Shown here piece by piece: positions 48,605 through 56,630 of a stretch of 64,000 nt of DNA. Source of the DNA: Thermoanaerobaculia bacterium (GTDB taxonomy: Bacteria; Acidobacteriota; Thermoanaerobaculia; Gp7-AA8); the NCBI GenBank assembly GCA_035626775.1, contig DASPNA010000152.1, positions 64,135-128,134 of the forward strand. The letters run 5' to 3'. Numbering within the stretch: the stretch's first letter is position 1; each line of letters begins with the position of its first letter. Position numbers and translations under genes: made by a program. The notes below the pieces were generated by a model, which was not told the DNA's origin, made no database searches, and was given only the letters and a program-made list of their open reading frames with translations.

Positions 48605-49555
48605 CTAGTGCGCTTTCGCCTTCTTCACTTCTTCGGTCAGCGCCGGGAGGATCTGGAAGAGATCGCCGACCACGCCGAGATCGGCCACGCGGAAGATCGG
48701 CGCTTCCGGATCCTTGTTCACGGCGACGATGTGCTTCGACGACGACATGCCGGCGAGGTGCTGGATCGCGCCGGACACGCCTGCCGCGATGTAGAGATTG
48801 GGACTGACCACGCGCCCTGTCTGGCCAACCTGATGCTGGTGATCGATCCAGCCCGCATCGACGGTTGCGCGTGACGCGCCGACCGCGCCGTTGATCGCGT
48901 GCGCGAGATCGCGGATGTACGAAAAGTTCTGCGCTTCCTTCAGCCCGCGGCCGCCCGACACGATGATGTCCGCCTCGGCGATCGTCAGCTCGCCCGCTTC
49001 CGGCGTCTTCGTCTCGACGAGCTTCACGCGGTTGTCCGCGGACGCGCTGAGGTTCACGACTTCCGCCGCGCCGCCGCCGCTTTCTTCCAGCGGAAACGCA
49101 TTCGGACGCGTCGTCGCGATCGCGGGCGTGCCGGTGACTTCGACCGACGCGAATGCTTTGCCCGAGTACACCGGGCGCCGCGCGCGCAGTTTGCCGTCAG
49201 TCCATTCGAGCCGATCGACGTCGGATGCAACGCCGACGTTCAGTCGCGCGGCGAGGCGCGGCGCGACGTCGCGGCCGTTCGACGTGCCGGCGAACAACAC
49301 CACCGACGGCTGCGCTTCACTCACCACCTGCGCGAGCGCGGCGGTGTACGGCTCCGTCGCGTAATCGCCGCTGATGACGTACAGCTTTTTCGCGCCGTAC
49401 CGCCCCGCATCTCCGGCGACCGCCGCATCGTTCGCGAACGCCATCAACTCACCGCCTGCCGCTTCCGCGAGCTTGCGGCCGATCGAGAGTGCTTCCCGCG
49501 AAGCCTTCTTCAGCTTCCCGTCTTTGATTTCCGTGAATACCAGAACACCAGGCAT
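48605..49555 (-). CDS. etfA: Electron transfer flavoprotein alpha subunit
   Basis: C-terminal FAD-binding region [27 protein letters not shown]. Confidence 0.85.
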   Translation of the reverse strand: MPGVLVFTEIKDGKLKKASREALSIGRKLAEAAGGELMAFANDAAVAGDAGRYGAKKLYVISGDYATEPYTAALAQVVSEAQPSVVLFAGTSNGRDVAPRLAARLNVGVASDVDRLEWTDGKLRARRPVYSGKAFASVEVTGTPAIATTRPNAFPLEESGGGAAEVVNLSASADNRVKLVETKTPEAGELTIAEADIIVSGGRGLKEAQNFSYIRDLAHAINGAVGASRATVDAGWIDHQHQVGQTGRVVSPNLYIAAGVSGAIQHLAGMSSSKHIVAVNKDPEAPIFRVADLGVVGDLFQILPALTEEVKKAKAH

Positions 49556-49563
49556 GCCTTCTC

Positions 49564-50340
49564 CTAGAGAGCCTTCGCTTCTTCTTTGATGTACTTCAGG
49601 ATTTCGCGGGCCGCGTTCGCGGGATCGGAGCCGTCGATCTTGCGGCCTCCGCTCTTTTCCGCGGGCAGCTCGAGCGAGAGCACGACCACGCGATTCTTGT
49701 AGATGTCGCTGTCGTCGAGGCCGAGATCGGCGACGCTCTTCGTGTCGATGGCGATCTTCTTCGCGGCCATGATGCCCTTGAGCGACGAGTAGCGCGGCTC
49801 GTTCAATCCCTTCTGTGCAGTCACGATCGCAGGAATCGGCGACTCGAGCACTTCCTCGGCACCTTCAATCTCGCGATGCGCGGTGAGCTTGCCCTCGCCG
49901 ACTTCGAGATGCGTGACGACGTTGACCTGCGGGTAGCCAAGAAGCTCGGCGAGCATCGGACCGACGAGACCGTTGTCGGTGCCGACGCCCTGCTTGCCGA
50001 GAAACACCAGATCGTGCGGTACGGTCTTGATGGCGGCGCCAAGGACCTTGGCGATGCCGAGCGAATCGGCGTCCCCGGACTCGCCCTTGATGTGCAGCGC
50101 CTTGGTTGCGCCGCGCGCGAGGCATTCGCGCAACGCCTGTTGCGCACGCTCGGGGCCGAACGTGACGACGGTGACGTCGCCGCCCGATTTCTCTTTCTGG
50201 CGGATCGCTTCCTCGAGCGCGAACTCGTCGTACGGCGAGACGATGAACTTCAGTCCGGCCTCGTCGACCTTGCGGCCGTCGGCGATCTTGATGCGCGATT
50301 CGGTATCGGGAACGTGAGAGATGCAGACCACGGAATTCAA
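49564..50340 (-). CDS. etfB: Electron transfer flavoprotein beta subunit
   Basis: LNSVVCISHVPDTESRIKI... with TTG start 8 bp after GGAGG. The annotated longer ORF lacks an in-frame Met at the true N-terminus. Confidence 0.8.
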   Translation of the reverse strand: MNSVVCISHVPDTESRIKIADGRKVDEAGLKFIVSPYDEFALEEAIRQKEKSGGDVTVVTFGPERAQQALRECLARGATKALHIKGESGDADSLGIAKVLGAAIKTVPHDLVFLGKQGVGTDNGLVGPMLAELLGYPQVNVVTHLEVGEGKLTAHREIEGAEEVLESPIPAIVTAQKGLNEPRYSSLKGIMAAKKIAIDTKSVADLGLDDSDIYKNRVVVLSLELPAEKSGGRKIDGSDPANAAREILKYIKEEAKAL

Positions 50341-50361
50341 GAGGGAAACCTCCGGTAAGTT

Positions 50362-50422
50362 CTGGAGCGGCGGGCTCTCAGACCGCCGGCGTGAATGAGG
50401 GGCTGAGAGCCCGTCGCTCCAG
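50362..50422. repeat. Family B element, copy B3
   Basis: CTGGAGCGGCGGGCTCTCAGACCGCCGGCGTGAATGAGGGGCTGAGAGCCCGTCGCTCCAG. Confidence 0.7.
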
Positions 50423-50523
50423 CGGCGAAGCCGCGCAATTCTAGTGATGAGGCACGCAAATCGCAATCGCGTTTCGGCCAAGCAGAAATCTCCCCGAAAC
50501 AACGCCAGGAACGGAGGACGGCG

Positions 50524-50907
50524 ATGCCAATCGCGAGCAGGCCGCACGAAGTGGAAGGTCAGTCGGTTCACGGTCGCAGAACGTTTCGCTCGATGCCCGA
50601 TTTCAAACGAGCAAAGGGCAACGGAAACGGCAATGGACACGGCAGCAACTACGTGCGGAACAACGGGAACAACAACACCCGTACCGCTCCCCCGGAGTCG
50701 ACGAACGCGGAGAATTTCTACTACCTCAAACAGATGAACTCGCGGACGCCGATGGTGATCGTGCTCACCGACGGCGAACAGGTCCACGGCTGGATCGAGT
50801 GGTACGACAAGACCTGCCTCAAAGTGAACCGCGAAGGCGCGCCCAACCTGCTCATCCAGAAGCACTGCATCAAGTACCTGTTCAAGCAGGAAGAGATGGT
50901 GGAGTGA
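50524..50907 (+). CDS. Hfq-like Sm-fold RNA-binding protein with N-terminal Gly/Asn-rich extension
   Basis: The C-terminal ~65 aa, [57 protein letters not shown], align to Hfq Sm1/Sm2 (F..L..PV.I.L.NG....G.IE..D...L....Q.L..KHAI). The N-terminal 60 aa are low-complexity (GNGNGNG, NNGNNN). Confidence 0.6.
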   Translation: MPIASRPHEVEGQSVHGRRTFRSMPDFKRAKGNGNGNGHGSNYVRNNGNNNTRTAPPESTNAENFYYLKQMNSRTPMVIVLTDGEQVHGWIEWYDKTCLKVNREGAPNLLIQKHCIKYLFKQEEMVE

Positions 50908-50917
50908 CGCTTCGCGC

Positions 50918-50980
50918 TGTTATCGGTTGTCGGTTCAAAGACAACGGAAAAACCGATAACCGATCACCGATAATCGCGTG
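50918..50980. terminator. Hairpin with repeated ACCGATAA / TTATCGGT half-sites between the hfq-like gene and pdxA (terminator or operator)
   Basis: GTTATCGGTTGTCGGTTC-aaagacaacggaaaa-ACCGATAACCGATCACCGATAA. Confidence 0.35.
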
Positions 50981-50981
50981 A

Positions 50982-51845
50982 ATGAAGCCGCTCGCCATCA
51001 CCTTGGGCGATCCCGCGGGCATCGGCGCGGAGATCGTCGAGAAGGCGCTCGCGACGCTCGGCGTTCCGCATCGCATCTTCGGTGCGGTGCGCGGTCCCAT
51101 TCGGTATGGTGCGATCTCGGCGGACTACGGACGCGTCGCACTCGACGCGATCGACGCCGCCATCGACGCGATCGAGCGCGGCCAGTGCTCCGCACTCGTC
51201 ACCGCTCCCATCCACAAGCAATCGATTGCACTGGCCGGCTCGCCGCATCCGGGACACACGGAGTTGCTCGCAGCGCGTGCGGGACTGTCGACATATGGCG
51301 TCGACTACGCGATGTACTTCGACTCGCCGCGACTGCGCACCGTGCTCCTCTCGGTCCACGTATCGCTACGTGAAGCGCTGCGTATCATCGATGCGGACAC
51401 CATCGCCGCGCTGGCGCGACTCACTTCGCGCGAATACACGCGACTCCATGGCGCAGTGCCGCGCATCGCGGTGGCCGGCGTGAATCCGCACGCAGGCGAA
51501 GGCGGACGCTTCGGCGATGAAGAAGACGTCATCGCACGCGGCGTCGAGCTCGCACGCGCGATGTCGCTCGACGTCACCGGCCCGCATCCACCCGACACGG
51601 TCTTCCTCGCGGCGAGCGGCGGGAAGTACGATGTGGTCATGGCGATGTATCACGACCAGGGATTGATCCCGATCAAGACCATGGCCTTTACCGAATCGGT
51701 CAACGTGACCATCGGCCTCCCCTATCTGCGCGTCTCCGTCGATCACGGCACGGCGTTCGACATCGCCGGCAAAGGCATCGCCGACGCGGCTCCGATGCGT
51801 TACGCGATCGAGTGGGCGGCACGGCACCAGGAGCGGTTCGCATGA
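50982..51845 (+). CDS. pdxA: 4-hydroxythreonine-4-phosphate dehydrogenase
   Basis: MKPLAITLGDPAGIGAEI ... GHTELLA ... VNPHAGEGG. Confidence 0.85.
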   Translation: MKPLAITLGDPAGIGAEIVEKALATLGVPHRIFGAVRGPIRYGAISADYGRVALDAIDAAIDAIERGQCSALVTAPIHKQSIALAGSPHPGHTELLAARAGLSTYGVDYAMYFDSPRLRTVLLSVHVSLREALRIIDADTIAALARLTSREYTRLHGAVPRIAVAGVNPHAGEGGRFGDEEDVIARGVELARAMSLDVTGPHPPDTVFLAASGGKYDVVMAMYHDQGLIPIKTMAFTESVNVTIGLPYLRVSVDHGTAFDIAGKGIADAAPMRYAIEWAARHQERFA

Positions 51846-51970
51846 CGGGCAAGTGGGTGTGGCGCATCATCGGGATCCTGATGCTGCTGGTGATGCTGAT
51901 GGTGCTCACGCAGATGAAGAACACGCTCGTGCGCCTGCAGCAAACGCAACAAAAAACAGCCCCGCGATGA
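51842..51970 (+). CDS. Small (42 aa) single-TM protein, translationally coupled between pdxA and the EamA transporter
   Basis: MTGKWVWRIIGILMLLVMLMVLTQMKNTLVRLQQTQQKTAPR. ATG overlaps the pdxA stop and its stop overlaps the next start. Confidence 0.3.
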   Translation: MTGKWVWRIIGILMLLVMLMVLTQMKNTLVRLQQTQQKTAPR

Positions 51971-52833
51971 CGCGGCGGTGGCTGGCCGTCCTGGCGCTCT
52001 TCGCGACGGCCGCGGCATGGGGCGCGTCGTTCACGCTCGTGAAGAGTCTCGTCGCGAAGATGGCGCCGGAGCCGTTCATCTTCTGGCGCTTCACGCTCGC
52101 CGGAGTGATCCTGCTGATCGCCGCGCGCCGCCATCTCACCCGCGCCCTCCTCCTCCCCGGCCTCGTCCTCGGCATGTTCGTCTTCACCGGCTACCTCGCG
52201 CAGACGCACGGCCTGCGCTTCATCTCCGCTCCGCGCTCCGCGTTTCTCACCGGCCTCTACGTGGTCATGGTGCCCTTCTTCCAGTGGCGTACGACCGGCG
52301 CTCCGCGCATTCATGTCTGGATCGCGAGCGTGCTCGCCGTGGTCGGGACTTCCATCCTGATCGGCGCCGGCTTCGACGCGCCGCCGACATTCGGCGATCT
52401 GCTCACGCTCGCGTGCGCCGTGATCTTCGCGATGCACGTGGTCTACTCCGCGCGCTGGAGCACCAGCGAGAGCTCGGCCGCGCTCGCGGGCGTGCAAGTC
52501 ACTTTCGTCGGACTCGCGGCCGCGCCGCTCACGTTTTTCACACCGCCGACGCCCTGGGACGCGAGTCTCGTCGCCATCATCCTCATCACCGCGATCATCA
52601 CCACCGCCATCGCGTTTGCCGCGCTGATGTGGGCGCAGGCGCATGTCAGTGCGACCGAGGCGGCGGTGATTCTGGCGTTTGAACCGGTGGCGGCGGCGTT
52701 CACCGCGATCGCGTTCGAAGGTGAGCCGCTCACGCCGTCGTTCCTGACGGGCGCGGTGCTCATCCTCGCGGCGATGTTGCTCTCGCAGATAACGCCGCAT
52801 CCACCGAGGCCGCCCGATGGGGGGTGGTGCTAG
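51967..52833 (+). CDS. EamA/DMT-family transporter
   Basis: 10-TM pattern with two EamA-like halves. N-terminal MTRRWLAVLALFATAAAWGASFTLVK. Confidence 0.75.
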   Translation: MTRRWLAVLALFATAAAWGASFTLVKSLVAKMAPEPFIFWRFTLAGVILLIAARRHLTRALLLPGLVLGMFVFTGYLAQTHGLRFISAPRSAFLTGLYVVMVPFFQWRTTGAPRIHVWIASVLAVVGTSILIGAGFDAPPTFGDLLTLACAVIFAMHVVYSARWSTSESSAALAGVQVTFVGLAAAPLTFFTPPTPWDASLVAIILITAIITTAIAFAALMWAQAHVSATEAAVILAFEPVAAAFTAIAFEGEPLTPSFLTGAVLILAAMLLSQITPHPPRPPDGGWC

Positions 52834-52846
52834 CATTCCCCGCCAC

Positions 52847-53614
52847 ATGCCCCGCATCCTGGTCACCAACGACGACGGCATCTACAGCGAAGGACTGCGC
52901 AAGCTCGCCGCCGCGTGCCGCGAAGTCGCGGATGTGATCATCGTCGCGCCGGACCGCGAACAGAGTGCCGCGTCGCACGCGCTCACGCTCAATCGACCGC
53001 TGCGCCTGTTGCAGATCGAGACCGATGAATGGATCGTCGACGGCACGCCGGCGGATTGCGTCAACCTGGCCATCCTGAAGTTGATGAAGGACGCGCGTCC
53101 CGACCTGATCGTCTCCGGCATCAACTTCGGCCCCAACCTCGGCGACGACGTCACGTACTCCGGCACGATCTCGGCGGCGTTCGAAGGTGCTCTGCTGAAC
53201 ATCCCGTCGATCGCCTTTTCCGCGGTGATTGGCAAACACTTCTCGTTCGATCCGTGCGCGAAGTTCGCCGGACAGCTCGTACGCATCGCGCTCGAGCAGC
53301 ATCGCGATCCGGGCATCGTGCTGAACGTGAACTTCCCGCTCGGCGAGTTCAAGGGCGTGAAGATCGCGCCGCTCGGGAAGCGGACGTACCTGGAAGGTGT
53401 CATCGAGCGCCTCGATCCGCGCGGGCGCAAGTACTACTGGATCGGCGGCGAGCCGCCGGTGTGGCATCCGGGACAAGGGACGGATTTCGACGCGGTGCAG
53501 AACGGCTATGTCTCGATCACGCCGCTGCACCTCGACCTCACGCACCACGAGTCGATCGAGCGACTGCGGCCTCTCGAGGAGATGCTTGGCCACCACGCCG
53601 CCTCGCAGGGATGA
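52847..53614 (+). CDS. surE: 5'/3'-nucleotidase SurE
   Basis: MPRILVTNDDGIYSEGL ... SGINFGPNLGDDVTYSGT. Confidence 0.85.
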   Translation: MPRILVTNDDGIYSEGLRKLAAACREVADVIIVAPDREQSAASHALTLNRPLRLLQIETDEWIVDGTPADCVNLAILKLMKDARPDLIVSGINFGPNLGDDVTYSGTISAAFEGALLNIPSIAFSAVIGKHFSFDPCAKFAGQLVRIALEQHRDPGIVLNVNFPLGEFKGVKIAPLGKRTYLEGVIERLDPRGRKYYWIGGEPPVWHPGQGTDFDAVQNGYVSITPLHLDLTHHESIERLRPLEEMLGHHAASQG

Positions 53615-53648
53615 GCAGGAGCGCGAGCTCGCGCATCAGCGCGCGCTG

Positions 53649-54263
53649 ATGGTCGAGCGCCACGTCGCCGCGCGCGGCATCAAGGACGAGCGCGTGCTGC
53701 AGGCCATGCGCGACGTGCCGCGGCATAAATTCGTGCCGCAGGTTGTGGCCGCGAAAGCGTACGGCGCCGGCGCGCTGCCGATCGGGTCGAAACAAACGAT
53801 CTCGCAGCCGTACATCGTGGCGCGCATGATCGAGCTGCTGGAACTGCGCGGCACCGAGAAGGTGCTCGAGATTGGCACGGGAACGGGATATCAGGCCGTG
53901 GTGCTCTCGAAGCTGTGCGCGAAAGTCTTCACCATCGAACGAGTCAACGAGTTGGCGCTGAGAGCCGCGGACATCTTCCGCGAGCTCAAGTTGCACAACG
54001 CATCGGTGAAAGTGTTCGACGGGACCTATGGCTGGTCCGATCAGGCCCCGTTCGACCGCATCATCGTGGCCGCGGCGGCGCCGGAGATTCCCGATCCGCT
54101 GGTGCAGCAGCTCGCGCGCACGGGCCGCATGGTCATCCCGGTCGGGCCCGCCGGCAATCAGCGGCTCGCACGCGTAACGCGCGTCGGAACGGGAGTGAAG
54201 ATCGAGGACTGCGGCAGCGCCGAATTCGTCCCGCTGGTCGGCCGCTTCGGCTGGCGCGAGTAG
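53649..54263 (+). CDS. pcm: Protein-L-isoaspartate O-methyltransferase
   Basis: AMRDVPRHKFVP ... VLEIGTGTGYQAVVLS ... gives the canonical surE-pcm pair. Confidence 0.8.
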   Translation: MVERHVAARGIKDERVLQAMRDVPRHKFVPQVVAAKAYGAGALPIGSKQTISQPYIVARMIELLELRGTEKVLEIGTGTGYQAVVLSKLCAKVFTIERVNELALRAADIFRELKLHNASVKVFDGTYGWSDQAPFDRIIVAAAAPEIPDPLVQQLARTGRMVIPVGPAGNQRLARVTRVGTGVKIEDCGSAEFVPLVGRFGWRE

Positions 54264-54267
54264 CGTC

Positions 54268-54738
54268 ATGAAGAAAGTCCGCTGGCTGCTGATCCTCACC
54301 AGCATCGTCTCCTCGATTCTCGGGGCGCTGGTGGTCTACCTGATGCTTTCCGTGCCGAACGATCTGCGCGCGGACTCCCTGCTGAAGGACGCGCGGAAAA
54401 ACATCACGGACGGGCAGAACGACAAAGCGCGCGAGTCGCTGCTGAAGATCGTGCAGCAACATCCGCGTACCGACGCCGCGGCCGCGGCCACCGCGGCGCT
54501 GATGACGCTCGCGCAGAAGGAACGCGACGACCTCGCGCGCGCCGTCGGCGTGGTGCGCACGCAGAACGAGCAACAAACGAAGCTCATCAACGAGCTGCGC
54601 ACGAATCTCGACACGCTGAAGAACGCGCCGCCGAAAGTCGTGACCGTGCAGGCGCCGCCGCCGAAGCCGCCGGCGAAGAAAGTGACTCCGAAGAAGAAAA
54701 CGACGCCGAAGAAGAAACCGACGCGGCGCAGGCGCTGA
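54268..54738 (+). CDS. Membrane-anchored coiled-coil protein with Lys/Pro-rich C-terminal tail
   Basis: TM WLLILTSIVSSILGALVVYLML. Tail PPPKPPAKKVTPKKKTTPKKKPTRRRR. Confidence 0.5.
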   Translation: MKKVRWLLILTSIVSSILGALVVYLMLSVPNDLRADSLLKDARKNITDGQNDKARESLLKIVQQHPRTDAAAAATAALMTLAQKERDDLARAVGVVRTQNEQQTKLINELRTNLDTLKNAPPKVVTVQAPPPKPPAKKVTPKKKTTPKKKPTRRRR

Positions 54739-54763
54739 GAAGCGCATATACAATCTCGCACTT

Positions 54764-55039
54764 ATGAAGGAACAGCGGCATCTGCGGATCCACGGCAAGG
54801 TCCAGGGAGTCGGCTACCGCTTTTACGCCACGCGCGTCGCGCGGCGGATGGGGCTGAAGGGCTGGATCCAGAACAACCGCGACGGCTCGGTCGAGGCGCT
54901 CGTCGAAGGCGAGAAGAAGTCGATCGATGAGTGGATCGAGGAGATCCGAGAAGGGCCGCGCTACGCGGAAGTGATCAAGATCGATTCGGAGACGAAGGAC
55001 TACACCGGCAAGCTCCCCGACTTCGACGTGAAGTTCTGA
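54764..55039 (+). CDS. acyP: Acylphosphatase
   Basis: IHGKVQGVGYR...GWIQNNRDGSVE, the acylphosphatase signature. Confidence 0.8.
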   Translation: MKEQRHLRIHGKVQGVGYRFYATRVARRMGLKGWIQNNRDGSVEALVEGEKKSIDEWIEEIREGPRYAEVIKIDSETKDYTGKLPDFDVKF

Positions 55040-55041
55040 TC

Positions 55042-55566
55042 ATGAAGCCGGCAGAGCTGCAATCGTTCATCCGCGACGTGCCCGACTTCCCGAAGCCGGG
55101 CATCATGTTCAAGGACATCACGCCGCTGCTGCGTTCGGCCGACGCGCTGTCGAACGCATGCGCGATGATGGCCGAGCCGTTCCGCGATCGCGGCGTCACC
55201 CTGGTCGCCGGCATCGAGTCGCGCGGCTTCATCTTCGGCAGCATCGTCGCGCAGAACCTCGGCGCCGGATTCGTCCCGATTCGCAAGCCCGGCAAGCTGC
55301 CGTGGACGAAACGACGCCACGAATACGTGCTCGAGTACGGCAGCGACGCGCTCGAGATTCACGACGACGCGCTCGCGCCATCCGACAAAGTGCTGGTCAT
55401 CGATGATGTGCTCGCAACCGGCGGAACGCTCGTCGCGGCAACGCAGCTCGTGCACGGCTTCGATGCAACGCTCGTTGGCGCGGCGGTGCTGATCGAGCTC
55501 GGTTTTTTGAATGGGCGCTTGAAATTCGAGGACGACGCGATCGTGCACTCGGTGCTGCGGTACTGA
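55042..55566 (+). CDS. apt: Adenine phosphoribosyltransferase
   Basis: FPKPGIMFKDITPLL ... VLVIDDVLATGGTL PRPP-binding motif. Confidence 0.85.
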   Translation: MKPAELQSFIRDVPDFPKPGIMFKDITPLLRSADALSNACAMMAEPFRDRGVTLVAGIESRGFIFGSIVAQNLGAGFVPIRKPGKLPWTKRRHEYVLEYGSDALEIHDDALAPSDKVLVIDDVLATGGTLVAATQLVHGFDATLVGAAVLIELGFLNGRLKFEDDAIVHSVLRY

Positions 55567-55642
55567 CGGAACGCCGGCGTCTCGCCGGCTGAGCACGCGG
55601 CGTCCCGCCGCGGGTGGGGGACGGCGCCGGGACGGCGCCCGA

Positions 55643-55894
55643 TCAGCCGGCGGGGACGCCGGCGTTCCGCAACCGTAAGCGCAGCAGTGGTGACTCGCCC
55701 GTCACGTGCACTCCGGGCGCGAGCTCGAACGCGTCGTCGTTCGTTTGCGTCCCGCCGAGGAGCAGACAGAGCCGCGCGAGCTCCTTGAACGATGCGGCGT
55801 CTGCTTCGATGACGATTTCGCCGCCTTCGCTGCGCACGCTCATCGGCGCGCGCGTCAGCCCTTCGAGCGCCATCATCGCCAGGTCGTAATTCAT
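55643..55894 (-). CDS. Small hypothetical protein coupled downstream of queD
   Basis: 83-aa ORF with ATGA overlap with the queD stop. No motif recognised. Confidence 0.3.
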   Translation of the reverse strand: MNYDLAMMALEGLTRAPMSVRSEGGEIVIEADAASFKELARLCLLLGGTQTNDDAFELAPGVHVTGESPLLRLRLRNAGVPAG

Positions 55895-56316
55895 GACTCC
55901 TCGTCCTCCCCGCGATAGCGCACCGAGTTCCGCTCCGTCTCTTCCAGCACCACTTCGTACAGCTGGCCGGTCGGGATCGCGGACGCGAGCTGTTGCCAGA
56001 AACAGCGCGCGAGATTTTCGGCCGTGGGGATCACGCCCTTCAGGAAATCGACGTCTTCGTTGAGATTCGTGTGATCGACGCGGTCGACCACGCGGTCGCG
56101 CATGATGTCCTTGAGCCGCTTCAGATCGATCACCATTCCGGTCTCCGGATCGATGCGGCCGCGCACGCTGACTTCAAGCGCGTAATTGTGGCCGTGGCCG
56201 CGCGGGTTGTCGCATTTGTCGTACGTGCGGCGGTTCCAGTCCGCATCACGGTTCGGATTGTGCAATCGGTGAGCTGCCGAGAACGTCAGTCGTGCCGTAA
56301 CGATCATCGCGCGCAA
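55891..56316 (-). CDS. queD: 6-carboxy-5,6,7,8-tetrahydropterin synthase
   Basis: FSAAHRLHNP ... CDNPRGHGHNY ... DHTNLN motifs of the PTPS/QueD family. Confidence 0.8.
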   Translation of the reverse strand: MRAMIVTARLTFSAAHRLHNPNRDADWNRRTYDKCDNPRGHGHNYALEVSVRGRIDPETGMVIDLKRLKDIMRDRVVDRVDHTNLNEDVDFLKGVIPTAENLARCFWQQLASAIPTGQLYEVVLEETERNSVRYRGEDEES

Positions 56317-56318
56317 TT

Positions 56319-56630
56319 ATGGACGCAAACGAGCCGCTCTACGTGGTCTGCCGAAACGGCGCTTTCACGCTGCCGGAGAGCATCTTTCGCGCGCTCTCGG
56401 CGCAGGTGACGAACGGCTTCGTCTACTTCCGCGAGGACGAAGATTCGCTGACGATCTCCGCCACGCGCATCACCGGCGCCTTCCGGCGGCCGTTTCTGGC
56501 GCGCATGCGCGCGCCGATGTTTCGCAACGCGACGCAGCTCGGCATCGTCAACCTGCGCGAGTCGATCCGCGTGATGGTCACAGACGGAGCTGGGCGAGCG
56601 CCGTCCGCGCCTCCGCCTGTTGCGCGATGA
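56319..56630 (+). CDS. Hypothetical protein (weak call; 3' end overlaps the convergent kinase-like gene)
   Basis: ORF only. No motif. Confidence 0.25.
   Translation: MDANEPLYVVCRNGAFTLPESIFRALSAQVTNGFVYFREDEDSLTISATRITGAFRRPFLARMRAPMFRNATQLGIVNLRESIRVMVTDGAGRAPSAPPPVAR

Noticed and set aside
49564-50865. 433-aa version of the etfB ORF
   Set aside because: The upstream 170 aa are Arg/Pro-rich read-through of repeat B3 and intergenic DNA. The EtfB N-terminus (L/M-NSVVCISHVPD) begins at a TTG with a GGAGG RBS at 50340.
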